The notes under the pieces were generated by a model. It worked only from the letters and a program-made list of their open reading frames with translations, made no database searches and was not told the origin of the DNA. Positions 50,180 through 61,974 of a stretch of DNA of 64,000 nt are shown here, piece after piece. Each line of letters begins with the position of its first letter. The stretch's first letter is position 1. Made by a program: the position numbers and the translations under genes. This DNA comes from Macrostomum lignano (lineage: Eukaryota), in assembly GCA_002269645.1 (NCBI GenBank), contig NIVC01000225.1, positions 536,416 through 600,415 of the forward strand, given 5' to 3'.

Positions 50180-50995
50180 TCAAGAAGTACTGAAGTAGTT
50201 TAATTCAGTTGTCCATACTACAACTGTGGGCTCTTCCTCATCAGCTGAGCACCTGCAGCAACAGGCACAAAAACAGCAGATAGTGACGAAAGCTAAGCCG
50301 CCTCCACCTCCGGCGCCAATAATAACAATAATCGAGGTTCCCCCACCACTCTTCTTAGCAGTGCGACTTTCCAGTTCATTGCCAGACTTCAGAACCAGCA
50401 GCTCTGGCATTGTTGGCGTGGTTGGAACTTCAGCTGCCGCAGTTGGTTTGGCTGGAACTTCAACTGCCGCAGTTGACTTGGCTGGAACTTCAGCTGCCGC
50501 AGTTGGCTTGGCTGGAACTTCAGCTGCCGCAGTTGGTTTGGCTGGAACTTAAACTGCCGCAGTTGACTTGGCTGGAACTTCAGCTGCCGCAGTTGACTTG
50601 GCTGGAACTTCAGCTGCCGCAGTTGGTTTGGCTGGAACTTCAACTGCCGCAGTTGGCTTGGCTGGAACTTCAACTGCCGCAGTTGACTTGGCTGGAACTT
50701 CAACTGCCGCAGTTGACTTGGCTGGAACTTCAGCTGCCGCAGTTGGCTTGGCTGGAACTTCAACTGCCGCAGTTGGCTTGGCTGGAACTTCAACTGCCGC
50801 AGTTGACTTGGCTGGAACTTCAGCTGCCGCAGTTGGCTTGGCTGGAACTTCAACTGCCGCAGTTGGCTTGGCTGGAACTTCAACTGCCGCAGTTGACTTG
50901 GCTGGAACTTCAGCTGCCGCAGTTGGCTTGGCTGGAACTTCAGCTGCCAGAAGCAGCAGTAAGGCAATTGGCAAAAGGCACTGTCTAGCAATCAT
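50180..50995 (-). CDS. Mucin-like type I membrane protein, paralogue 1 (signal peptide, about 18 x 10-aa repeats, TM, Cys cluster), interrupted by an in-frame TAA at 50551-50549
   Basis: MIARQCLLPIALLLLLAA + (EVPAK[PS]TAA[VA])n + PTTPTMPELL..TSIIVIIGAGGGGGLAFVTICCFCACCC; one repeat has GAA changed to TAA. Confidence 0.65.
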
Positions 50996-51499
50996 CTTCA
51001 ACGGTTTAGTCTAGTTGGCTATTATAACAATAGCAAGCAACAATTACTGTGGTGGACGACTGTTTCCGAGCAATTAAAAACTTCGGTTAGCATATTTCGT
51101 CAGATGCATATAGACTTATATAGAAATTTAGTAACAAGGTACTTCTTGAGAAAAAAAACTGAATTTTTGAGCCAACTCTTGCCTCCATCAGCGAGCCAAC
51201 AACAGTATGTACAATTGTGAATTACATGGCTACATATTGTTCAACTTCTTATCTGTATGAGCTAAGTAGAAAAACGTGTGATGTTTTGCTCGCAACTTCT
51301 TTTAATTCTCGTGTCAGAGATAAAATTAAACCAATTAATACGACTCGAATCCTGGATTTCAAGGCCGACTTATAGTAAACACGAAATGCGCTCAATTGCA
51401 TTCGTCTCTTGACCGAATATGTTGTCTAGCAAGCGATGCCTAAAATACATCTAAATACGATTCCTTCATTTCTAATCTATGAAATCTCGTTAATGAATA

Positions 51500-52160
51500 A
51501 GAATCTCACAAACCTGAGTTGGATCCTCTCAAGGATTTCACACCTGGGATAGATCCTCTCAAGGATTTCACACCTGGGATAGATCCTCTCAAGGATTTCA
51601 CACCTGGGATAGATCCTCTCAAGGATTTCACACCTGGGATAGATCCTCTCAAGGATTTCACACCTGGGATAGATCCTCTCAAGGATCTCACACCTGGGAT
51701 AGATCCTCTCAAGGATCTCACACCTGGGATAGATCCTCTCAAGGATTTCACACCTGGGATAGATCCTCTCAAGGATTTCACACCTGGGATAGATCCTCTC
51801 AAGGATTTCACACCTGGGATAGATCCTCTCAAGGATTTCACACCTGGGATGGATCCTCTCAAGGATCTCACACCTGAAATGGATCCTCTCAAGGATCTCA
51901 CACCTGAGGTGGATCCTCTCAAGGATCTTACAACTGTGAAATAGAATCTCTCAAGGATCTCACACCTGAAATGGATCCTCTCAAGGATCTCACACCTGAA
52001 ATGGATCCTCTCAAGGATCTCACACCTGAGGTGGATCCTCTCAAGGATCTCACACCTGAAATGGATCCTCTCAAGGATCTCACACCTGAGGTGGATCCTC
52101 TCAAGGATCTTACAACTGTGAAATAGAATCTCTCAAGGATCTCACACCTGAGATGGATCC
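51500..52160. repeat. Array B, 30-bp unit GATCCTCTCAAGGAT(T/C)TCACACCTGGGATA, about 20 copies
   Basis: Tandem units; the tail at 52155-52440 is homologous to 49390-49630. Confidence 0.92.
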
Positions 52161-52803
52161 ATTCAGCTACACTGAATCTCATACCTAACGCACGTCGTAA
52201 ATCTTTTTAGAATCTCGCACTTCGAACGCCAGTAAGGTGTAAAAGATGAACTCAATTAGAATAAGTCGCAACATCTGGGAGCTAGACTCGACGCCCATAT
52301 GGCGTCATGTATTTCTATTTTAGCGGCGTGAGATAGGGGTGGGGTGACCAAACCTTGCTCGATGGCGCCACTTTTTATCGTACGAGCTTGTAGACAATGC
52401 GCAGCTTTTAGTGCTTCACGTTGATCTAGCTCGCACATACCAAGAAGAGAAGTAAACAAGATAACTGTGAATTGAATTTTTACATTTTTGCCACTCTTTT
52501 TGCGCACGAGATTTTAACTCCTCCATGTGAAAAAATGTCTAATATCAATTTGCCTCAATTAACACCAGGAAAAAAATCTGGAATCTCGAGTACTTATTGA
52601 AAAATAGTACAAGTAATAATTAAAAAATTGTCGACAAATTGAACATCGAACTGTTAGGAATCGAAAAAAAACTGTAAAAAATTGTTTGAACGAGTATTTT
52701 TCCAGTCTTGTTAGATTTGTTAAACGAAACAGAAATGTTGTTCCTATGAAATAAAAAAGATAAAAGTATTTATCTGTTGTTTTTTTCTTTCCGAAATCTT
52801 AAC

Positions 52804-53229
52804 TCAATCTGAGCCCCCGCAGAAACACGCTCCCAAAACGCAGATAACGACGAACACTGTGCCGCCTCCGCCTCCGGCGCCAATAATAACAATAATCGAG
52901 GTTCCCCCACCACTCTTCTTAGCAGTGCGACTTTCCAGTTCATTGCCAGACTTCAGAACCAGCAGCTCTGGCATTGTTGGCGTTGTTGGAACATCAGCTG
53001 CCGTAGTTGAGTTGGCTGGAACTTCAACTGCCGTAGTTGACTTGGCTGGAACTTCAACTGCCGCAGTTGACTTGGCTGGAACTTCAACTGCCGCAGTTGG
53101 CTTGGCTGGAACTTCAACTGCCGCAGTTGACTTGGCTGGAACTTCAACTGCCGCAGTTGGCTTGGCTGGAACTTCAACTGCCAGAAGCAGCAGTAAGGCA
53201 ATTGACAAAAAGCACTGTCTAGCAATCAT
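52804..53229 (-). CDS. Mucin-like type I membrane protein, paralogue 2, 141 aa, intact (about 6-7 repeats)
   Basis: MIARQCFLSIALLLLLAV(EVPAK[PS]TAAV)n..ANST..TSIIVIIGAGGGGGTVFVVICVLGACFCGGSD; open from ATG to stop; flanks homologous to paralogue 1. Confidence 0.7.
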   Translation of the reverse strand: MIARQCFLSIALLLLLAVEVPAKPTAAVEVPAKSTAAVEVPAKPTAAVEVPAKSTAAVEVPAKSTTAVEVPANSTTAADVPTTPTMPELLVLKSGNELESRTAKKSGGGTSIIVIIGAGGGGGTVFVVICVLGACFCGGSD

Positions 53230-53729
53230 CTTCAGGGTTTCTTTAGTCTCCAGTTTGTGATTTAACAATAGCAAACAACACAAGGTTAGGTTATAACTGA
53301 CTGTTTACGAGCGGTTTAATTAAAATTCGCTAGCATTTCGGCAAAAGCATCGACGTATATATATAGAAATTTAGTAACAAGGTACTTCGATCTTTTTTGA
53401 GAAGAAAGCTGAATTCGTGAGCCACTCTTGCCCCTCCATCTGCAAGCTCAAAGCAGCATTACCTACTTTATGTATACGTACAATTGTATGGTCACGGAAG
53501 CTTTTTGTGCAAAGCAAAGATTGAGAAATTCCAATCTCGCTACTTCTACTCTTAGTAGTGAGTTCGCGATATTATAATCATAGATAGCTTTTTAAAGATT
53601 AGAAATTTTTTATTAAATATTCCAAGACTGGTAGAGTAACTTTCAGGCTGAACAATGGGCTAATCTCATCCAGTCTCGGTCTCTCAATCTTAATTACTGA
53701 CCTCAGAACATCTTTAGCATGCGTCGCAC

Positions 53730-54295
53730 GCATGCTAAAGATGCGTCAGCGGCGGCAACAGCATCTGAGCGGCCTTCCGTTCGATCCGAGCCGTCCTCCA
53801 GTCCGAAGCGCTGCCCGACCGCCAGAGGGCTCGGCTGTGGCAGGCGGTGGTCGAAACCGTTCTGCTCTACAACGCCGAGACGTAGATGCTGACGGCTACG
53901 CTAGAGCGACAGCTGGACTCGGCGCACTCAGGGCTGCTCCGTGCGGCCTTTCAAGCTGACGAGAGCGTCGGGACCGAGGCCCTGTACGATCGGGCCAAGT
54001 TGCAGCGCCCGTCCACCATCCTGCGCCGGCGGCGTCTTTAACTGGCGGGCCACGCGATCCGGGCCGAGGGCTACTGCCCCCAACCTGTTCAGGACGTCCT
54101 GCTGCTCACCTTGCTGGGCCGTTCACGCGGGGTCACGCCCGAAACCGTCGATACGTGGACTGCCTGCCGTGCGACGCCGGGGGCGCCCGACACTGCCAAC
54201 GGGGCAGACTTGGTTGCACCCTGCACTGTGACCTTGCATTCTGCATCCTGCACTGTGGGCTGCGTATTTTGTTGTTGTTGCTGTTGTTATTAGCA
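53730..54295 (+). mobile_element. 3' fragment of an RTE-like LINE
   Basis: Reads AAFRSIRAVL..RARLWQAVVETVLLYNAET*MLTATLERQLDSAHSGLLRAAF..ILRRRRL*LAGHAIR, with a (TGT)n tail. Confidence 0.75.
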
Positions 54296-55164
54296 ACACA
54301 TCACTTCATCTTCACCTGGGGAGCCAACAAAGAATGGAATACAATTTTTTTGAATAAAGCGACGATTTCCCCAAGAGCCAGAGCATTATAGCAATTCCTA
54401 AATGAATCTTTCATGTTTTACATAACGCTTTCTCATAACGAAGCCTGGAAGATTATTTTGAAGCTCCAAGGCAGCAACAGCTAGGTTTTTAAACTCTGCA
54501 TAGCACAGGCACACGATCTTGCTGAAGTCAAATCTGCCAAACATGCAATTCCAAAAGCATTGTGAAGGTTAGCATCCTTTTTTGTCCAAAAAGCCTTCAC
54601 TTCATATTATCTAAAACTAATCTAAGCTTCACCAATGTTTTGGGCTTTAGGCTTCCACCACTGCAGTACTTCTCTCATCAAGGGTAGCGCCGGTAGTTGC
54701 TGTCACCAGTCCCTGAGGGTCCTAGTCTTCGGTGAGGTGAGGGTCTCGTCGGAACAAAAATAAACAAGACCAGCGAGCAGATTCACGACTCCAACGACCG
54801 CAGGTTAGCAGATCCTGCAAGGCTCAGTGAGGCGACTGGGTCAGAGCAGACTCAGTGGTCTGGGTTTAGGATGAGAACTGATTCACAGAACACGGGCACT
54901 GGAATTCGAACACAATAATATAATGGAAATCGGGATTGTGAAAAAGACTTAAATCTGCTGGAATCTGGTCCGTATTTATAGCCGGGGGAACCCCATTGGC
55001 CAAGCGAGATATGACGTGAGAAAATCACGTGGCGCAACCTAACACTAACCCTAACCAAACCCTATCATAAAGCCCTAATTCATCATCTAAATCGAAGGCA
55101 AATACTCGTAATTTTGTTCTTTCTCCACAAAGCTATAGTTCAAGGGAATTCAAAACGTCCAGGA

Positions 55165-55575
55165 ATGAGAATCCAGAGGGAATACCAATTAGTTGAGGAA
55201 AGAGAATCCAGAGGGAATACCAATTAGTTGAGGAAAGAGAATCCCGACGGAGTTCCAATTAGTTGAGGAAAGAGAATCCTGAGGGAATACCAATTAGTTG
55301 AGGAAAGAGAATCCCGAGGGAGTTCCAATTAGTTGAGGAAAGAGAATCCCGAGGGAATTCCAATTAGTTGAGGAAAGAGAATCCCGAGGGAATACCAATT
55401 AGTTGAGGAAAGAGAATCCCGAGGGAATACCAATTAGTTGAGGAAAGAGAATCCTGAGGGAATACCAATTAGTTGAGGAAAGAGAATCCTGAGGGAATAC
55501 CAATTAGTTGAGGAAAGAGAATCCAGAGGGAATTCCAATTAGTTGAGGAAAGAGAATCCAGAGGCAATACCAAAT
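55165..55575. repeat. 35-bp minisatellite GAGAATCC(A/C/T)GAGGGAATACCAATTAGTTGAGGAAA, about 12 copies
   Basis: Tandem units. Confidence 0.95.
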
Positions 55576-56119
55576 CCTGGCATAAAGTGAATCCCAAGGG
55601 AATTCCCAGAGGCAACAAATGTCAAGAACATCTCCAATTGTTCTCACCCGAGTCAAACGATTCTCAGCGAGCGTATTTCCGAGATACTGCAACCCTGTCC
55701 CGTATAACAGATGAAATCTCGTATGCCGCAGGTTAAAATATCAAGAAGAGCACCAGAAGCTTCTGCCCAACCTAAAACAAACTACATGTTATACTACTAT
55801 CAGCGAAATTTAGGTAAGTAGTAGGATACGTCTGTGCTGTCTATTTAGAGATTCAATTAATTAAAAAATTTTTTTTAACTTAGTTAAAACAAGGTTTTTT
55901 ATTTTTTTATGCAGAATGATAGCGCCGACAGTCACTTCGATCTCTGATCAAGATTGAACCAAATTACTGAAGTGTTGGCAGCAGAATTAGTTAAAATGCT
56001 TTTTGGGAGCAGGATACGAGCTTAAATCGACATGGTCCTAAATTATGAAGCTCTGAAAATCGATGCTAAAACTTTGTTCTTAACTCTTTCGTCAGTTCGC
56101 TAGCTTCCTTAGCTTAATT

Positions 56120-58462
56120 GGATCTCACACCTGAGATGGAGTGTCAGTATCTCACACCTGAGATAGATCTTGTCAGTATCTCACACCTGAGATAGATCCG
56201 GTCAGTATCTCACACCTGAGATAGATCCTGTCAGTATCTCACACCTGAGATAGATCCGGTCAGTATCTCACACCTGAGATAGATCTTGTCAGTATCTCAC
56301 ACCTGAGATAGATCTTGTCAGTATCTCACACCTGAGATAGATCCGGTCAGTATCTCACACCTGAGATAGATCCTGTCAGTATCTCACACCTGAGATAGAT
56401 CCTGTCAGTATCTCACACCTGAGATAGATCCGGTCAGTATCTCACACCTGAGATAGATCCGGTCAGTATCTCACACCTGAGATAGATCCTGTCAGTATCT
56501 CACACCTGAGATAGATCCGGTCAGTATCTCACACCTGAGATAGATCCTGTCAGTATCTCACACCTGGGATAGATCCTGTCAGTATCTCACACCTGAGATA
56601 GATCCGGTCAGTATCTCACACCTGAGATAGATCCTGTCAGTATCTCACACCTGAGATAGATCCGGTCAGTATCTCACACCTGAGATAGATCCGGTCAGTA
56701 TCTCACACCTGAGATAGATCCTGTCAGTATCTCACACCTGAGATAGATCCGGTCAGTATCTCACACCTGAGATAGATCCGGTCAGTATCTCACACCTGAG
56801 ATAGATCTTGTCAGTATCTCACACCTGAGATAGATCCTGTCAGTATCTCACACCTGAGATAGATCTTGTCAGTATCTCACACCTGAGATAGATCCGGTCA
56901 GTATCTCACACCTGAGATAGATCTTGTCAGTATCTCACACCTGAGATAGATCTTGTCAGTATCTCACACCTGAGATAGATCTTGTCAGTATCTCACACCT
57001 GAGATAGATCTTGTCAGTATCTCACACCTGAGATAGATCTTGTCAGTATCTCACACCTGAGATAGATCTTGTCAGTATCTCACACCTGAGATAGATCCTG
57101 TCAGTATCTCACACCTGAGATAGATCTTGTCAGTATCTCACACCTAAGATAGATCTTGTCAGTATCTCACACCTGAGATAGATCCTGTCAGTATCTCACA
57201 CCTGAGATAGATCCGGTCAGTATCTCACACCTGAGATAGATCTTGTCAGTATCTCACACCTGAGATAGATCCTGTCAGTATCTCACACCTGAGATAGATC
57301 TTGTCAGTATCTCACACCTGAGATAGATCCTGTCAGTATCTCACACCTGAGATAGATCCGGTCAGTATCTCACACCTGAGATAGATCCTGTCAGTATCTC
57401 ACACCTGAGATAGATCCTGTCAGTATCTCACACCTGAGATAGATCCTGTCAGTATCTCACACCTGAGATAGATCCGGTCAGTATCTCACACCTGAGATAG
57501 ATCCGGTCAGTATCTCACACCTGAGATAGATCCGGTCAGTATCTCACACCTGAGATAGATCCTGTCAGTATCTCACACCTGAGATAGATCCTGTCAGTAT
57601 CTCACACCTGAGATAGATCCTGTCAGTATCTCACACCTGAGCTAGATTCTATCAGGGATCTCACACCTGAGATAGATCCTGTCAGTATCTCACACCTGAG
57701 ATAGATCCAGTCAGTATCTCACACCTGAGATAGATCCTGTCAGTATCTCACACCTGAGATAGATCCTGTCAGTATCTCACACCTGAGATAGATCCTGTCA
57801 GTATCTCACACCTGAGATAGATCCTGTCAGTATCTCACACCTGAGATAGATCCTGTCAGTATCTCACACCTGAGATAGATCCTGTCAGTATCTCACACCT
57901 GAGATAGATCCTGTCAGTATCTCACACCTGAGATAGATCCTGTCAGTATCTCACACCTGAGATAGATCCAGTCAGTATCTCACACCTGAGATAGATCCTG
58001 TCAGTATCTCACACCTGAGATAGATCCTGTCAGTATCTCACACCTGAGATAGATCCTGTCAGTATCTCACACCTGAGATAGATCCTGTCAGTATCTCACA
58101 CCTGAGATAGATCCTGTCAGTATCTCACACCTGAGATAGATCCTGTCAGTATCTCACACCTGAGATAGATCTTGTCAGTATCTCACACCTGAGATAGATC
58201 CGGTCAGTATCTCACACCTGAGATAGATCCTGTCAGTATCTCACACCTGAGATAGATCCGGTCAGTATCTCACACCTGAGATAGATCCTGTCAGTATCTC
58301 ACACCTGAGATAGATCCTGTCAGTATCTCACACCCGAGATAGATCCTGTCAGTATCTCACACCTGAGATAGATCTTGTCAGTATCTCACACCTGAGATAG
58401 ATCCTGTCAGTATCTCACACCTGAGCTAGATTCTATCAGGGATCTCACACCCGAGATAGATC
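56120..58462. repeat. Array C, 29-bp unit CCTGTCAGTATCTCACACCTGAGATAGAT, about 80 copies
   Basis: Highly homogeneous; each unit holds the stem TATCTCA-CACC-TGAGATA. Confidence 0.98.
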
Positions 58463-58918
58463 CACTCTGAATCCCACACTAAAGGTAATCGCTTAAAGAA
58501 CTTCGTGCTTTGAACATTAGTCCAATGGATGTGTATAATTAGATTTAGCCGTGATATATTTTGGCGTCCGAACTCTTACTGTATATGGCGCCATTTTTTG
58601 CCTCCGGATTTTAGATAGAGAAATTTCAGAAAAAAGTTTTAGCAGCGAGAGATGTAGGGTGCAGGGTGGCCGAACTTGTAGATGGCGCCACTACTAAAAA
58701 GATTAATAATAAAATTTCAGCACAAAATTAAGCACGCAGTAAGCTAGAGATTTACGAGTTTAAAACTTCTTTTAATTTCGACTGGAATAGGAGAGGCTGC
58801 TTTTGCTACGCATGACTTGGCATGGAAATGACAATAGCTACTGCAATAAGTTGGGCTATTCTTAAATAGCTCTGCACATACATAGCCTCGTGCGAAATAT
58901 CCTTGTCAGACAGACAAA

Positions 58919-59640
58919 TGAGCCTCGGAAATGCAGGATTCATTAACTACAATGAGGACTGCCAGACCAAAGATTCTTTGCGAGAACAGGACCTTATAAC
59001 GAGGATTGTGTCAGGGAAGCCTCTATGGTCGCTGCGCTCCCCAGGAAGGGACACTCACCCGCCCCACCCCACTCCGCTATACAAGTTTAGGGGAATGGCA
59101 TAGAATATGAAATGATGCTGCTGCTTATCGATTTCTCGCTAGAGCAGTTTTTACGCGAAATTTTGTAACACCTCTCGTATTTCATAGCTTGCTAACTGGA
59201 AAAAGAATATATATACACAGCCGGAGCTTCTGGAAAATGGATCTCTGCAATTCCCTGAAAGTGGACAGCAGCAGAGTTGGAGAAGTTGCGCTGCGATCCA
59301 AAGCACAACTACCGGATCTGCTCGCTGCATTTTTCGGAAAGGTTCTTTGTAACCAACTCTCAGGACTCCAACTCCAGCCGCAAGCGCTCCTCTCATTTGC
59401 ATATGCAGATGGACAAGCAAAGAAGCTGAAAAATCGACGGTTGGTTCACTTCTGATGCCGTACCCAGCATCCTTCCAAACGCGCCATCCTACTTCATCGA
59501 AACTGTTCTTGAGAAGCGACCTACCACAATGACATCTGCTCAGACTCGGCGAGAGAGTGCCATGCGTCGCTCCGAGGATGAGGCACAAACATTTTGAAGT
59601 CAAAACTATCTGAGAAATGAGCTATAGCTCTGATGTATAC
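58919..59640 (+). pseudogene. Decayed THAP-domain ORF (P/Kolobok-like transposase remnant)
   Basis: Frame from 59235: KWISAIP*..NYRICSLHFSERFF..SDAVPSILPNAPSY..KRPT..TRRE. This shows the THAP Trp, CxxH and AVP[ST]I motifs, with TGA stops. Confidence 0.7.
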
Positions 59641-60091
59641 TCGTAGTAGACTTTGCTTTTGTTTTATTATAGAGTCATACAAAGTATTTTTATACAGCTT
59701 GTCCCAGCAATTTTCTGCCCTGTAGGTAAGTTAATTTCACTCTCTTTTGCTTAATTATCACCTAAGGGTAACCATTTCATTTTTTATTTCATATGTTTGC
59801 ATGGCCTGAAGGGTTGTAAAGTATTTTTCTCGCACTAACAAAACGGAAGTTTTTTGAATAATACAAATTAACCTTGGAGACCTAAAGTTCTGAATGTTTT
59901 GCATTGAATAGTGCAAACCGCATCTTTCTATGACTTTTAGTTAAAAAGTTATCAATCATAGAAATGAAAAAACGTTGCATTTTCCTATTCATTCACTGCT
60001 TTCCAATTGGGGTTTTACCCCTAAACTTGTTATGCTGCCTAAAGTAGTGTCCCTTCCTGGGGAGTGCAGCAACCATACTAGAGGCTTCTCT

Positions 60092-61398
60092 GGTTGTGTC
60101 ATAAATCCGCTGACAAACATCTCTAGTTTCTTTCCTACTTCTTTTTTTGAGTTGATATTTTAGTGTAGGGCTCTATAGGGCTCATGACAGTTATGTCTAT
60201 AAAAAATATTTTTTGTAGCTTTAATATAAGACAGAAAATCCTGTATCTTTCATACCACCACGGAGAAAAGTGAATTTTCAAAGCGTACTATCATTTGGTC
60301 ACTGTGGAAACAACAAAAGAAGCAGTTCCGACATCTTGCGCGAAATGCAACAAATATTCGGCGAAGATGCACCTTCCAAACAAACTGTGTCAAAGTGGGT
60401 CCAGCGCTTCGAGGCTGGCTGGGAGACTGTAGATGATGCTCCTCGCTCAGGTGCTCCACGAACGTCTACCACTGATGAAAACACCCAGCGGGTGCTGCAC
60501 GCCCTGAATGATGATCGTCGCGTGACCCTTCGGCAACTTGAAGACTCTCTGGAGATACACATGAAGAGCATTCATCGCATCATTGCTGATCATCTCAACA
60601 TGACACGAGTTGTTGCTCGATGGGTCCCCAAACTCTTGACACCGGCCCAGCTGCAGGAGAGGGTCCGTATCTGCAACCAACTTATGAATGCTTATCGAAA
60701 CGAGCCGGACTTTCTTGGTCACCTATAGTGACTGGTGATGAATCATGGTTTCACACTACTACGAACCAGAGACCAAGCAGCAGAGTAGCGTATGGAAGGC
60801 ACATCATGAAGCCCCACCTGTCGAGGCCAAGACTGTACAGTCTGCTGGGAAGCACATGGCAACAGTCTTTTGGGACAGAGAAGGCATCTTGCTAATTGAA
60901 TGACTACCGGAAGGAAGAACTATCAATGCCCAGTATTACTGTGAAATCATGGAGCAGCTGCATGAAAAGATCAAGATTGAGCACCGTGGAATGATCACTA
61001 GGGGCATATTGCTGCAGCATGACAATGCCAGGCCACATACCTGCAATGCAACTCTGGACACGATCAAGAGACTAGACTTTGAGCTTCTGCCGTACCCTGC
61101 CTATTCTCCTGACCTGGCCCCCAGTGACTACTGGTTGTTTTCTAAAATGAAAGAGCCACTTCGTGGTCACTGCTATGGAAGCCTTTCTGCTCTTGGCTCT
61201 GCGATCAACCAGTGGTTGCGAAGTGTCCCCAGAGAATTCTTCGCTCAGGGCATCAGCAAGCTGCCAGAAAGATGGCACAAATGTGTTCAGCTCCGGGGTG
61301 ACTATGCACATTGAGAAGTGTGACATTGATTATTAAGAGTTCCTGTTTTTACTTGTTTAATATTTACATTTGTCAGCGAACTTATGACACAACCCTCG
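60092..61398 (+). mobile_element. mariner (DD34D) DNA transposon, defective
   Basis: Transposase at 60270-61314 with WVPKLL, VTGDESW, HDNARPH and YSPDLAPSDY; 2 frameshifts and a stop. Right TIR 61369-61398 followed by TA; left TIR 60092-60117 lacks the outer bases. Confidence 0.93.
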
Positions 61399-61974
61399 TA
61401 AATTTAAAAAACCTTACTACAGAAGGTAATAAAGTATTTTATAATACCTAATGACTGAAGAAGAGAATGCTGTCTGTTTGCGCAGGAAATTTTAACTTCA
61501 ATCATTAATATAAAAATATTTTTATTCAGTAGCTTTTCGTTTTAGTTTGAGGACGTATAATCAATGTGTTAAAAATAAGTATAAAAAAACAAAAACATTG
61601 TCAAAGCGAAAATTGACCTGTTAGAAATATATATTTTCCTATCTATAACATTATCAAACAAAGCAAGATCAACTAATATTTGATAAGCACAAATTTTAAT
61701 TAGCATCATAAATAATAAAAAACTACAAACTACAAAAATTAACAGCCACATTTCTAGAGGGCGTCTCTATAGAGTTTTTAATCTCTGTAAGTCGCATTAT
61801 CTTCTGGATAAACAAATTTAATTGTTATTATGGAATAAATATAGGCAACGATTTTCACCTTCGAGTTTTTAGTTATCAAACTAGCAATCTACGCCCCCCG
61901 TTGGGGAGCCAAAGAAATGCTTTACACGTTTTTTAATAAGCTACATGTATCCTTGAAATCTTAAAAAATCTCCT

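Noticed and set aside
50226-51014. Alternative-frame ORFs over the mucin repeat (QLRQLKFQPS, WLELQLPQL, AGTSAAAV)
   Set aside because: Only the minus AEVPAK frame links a signal peptide to a TM segment in both paralogues.
54680-54860. Possible hammerhead or HDV-like ribozyme near the RTE fragment
   Set aside because: No CUGAUGA..GAAA core with supporting stems could be built on either strand.
56120-58462. CRISPR-like appearance (palindromic 29-bp direct repeats)
   Set aside because: Units are head-to-tail with no unique spacers, there are no cas genes, and the context is eukaryotic.
59151-59603. 150-aa minus-strand ORF as a third mucin paralogue or secreted protein
   Set aside because: No similarity to the paralogues, TTG start, and it is antisense to the THAP relic.
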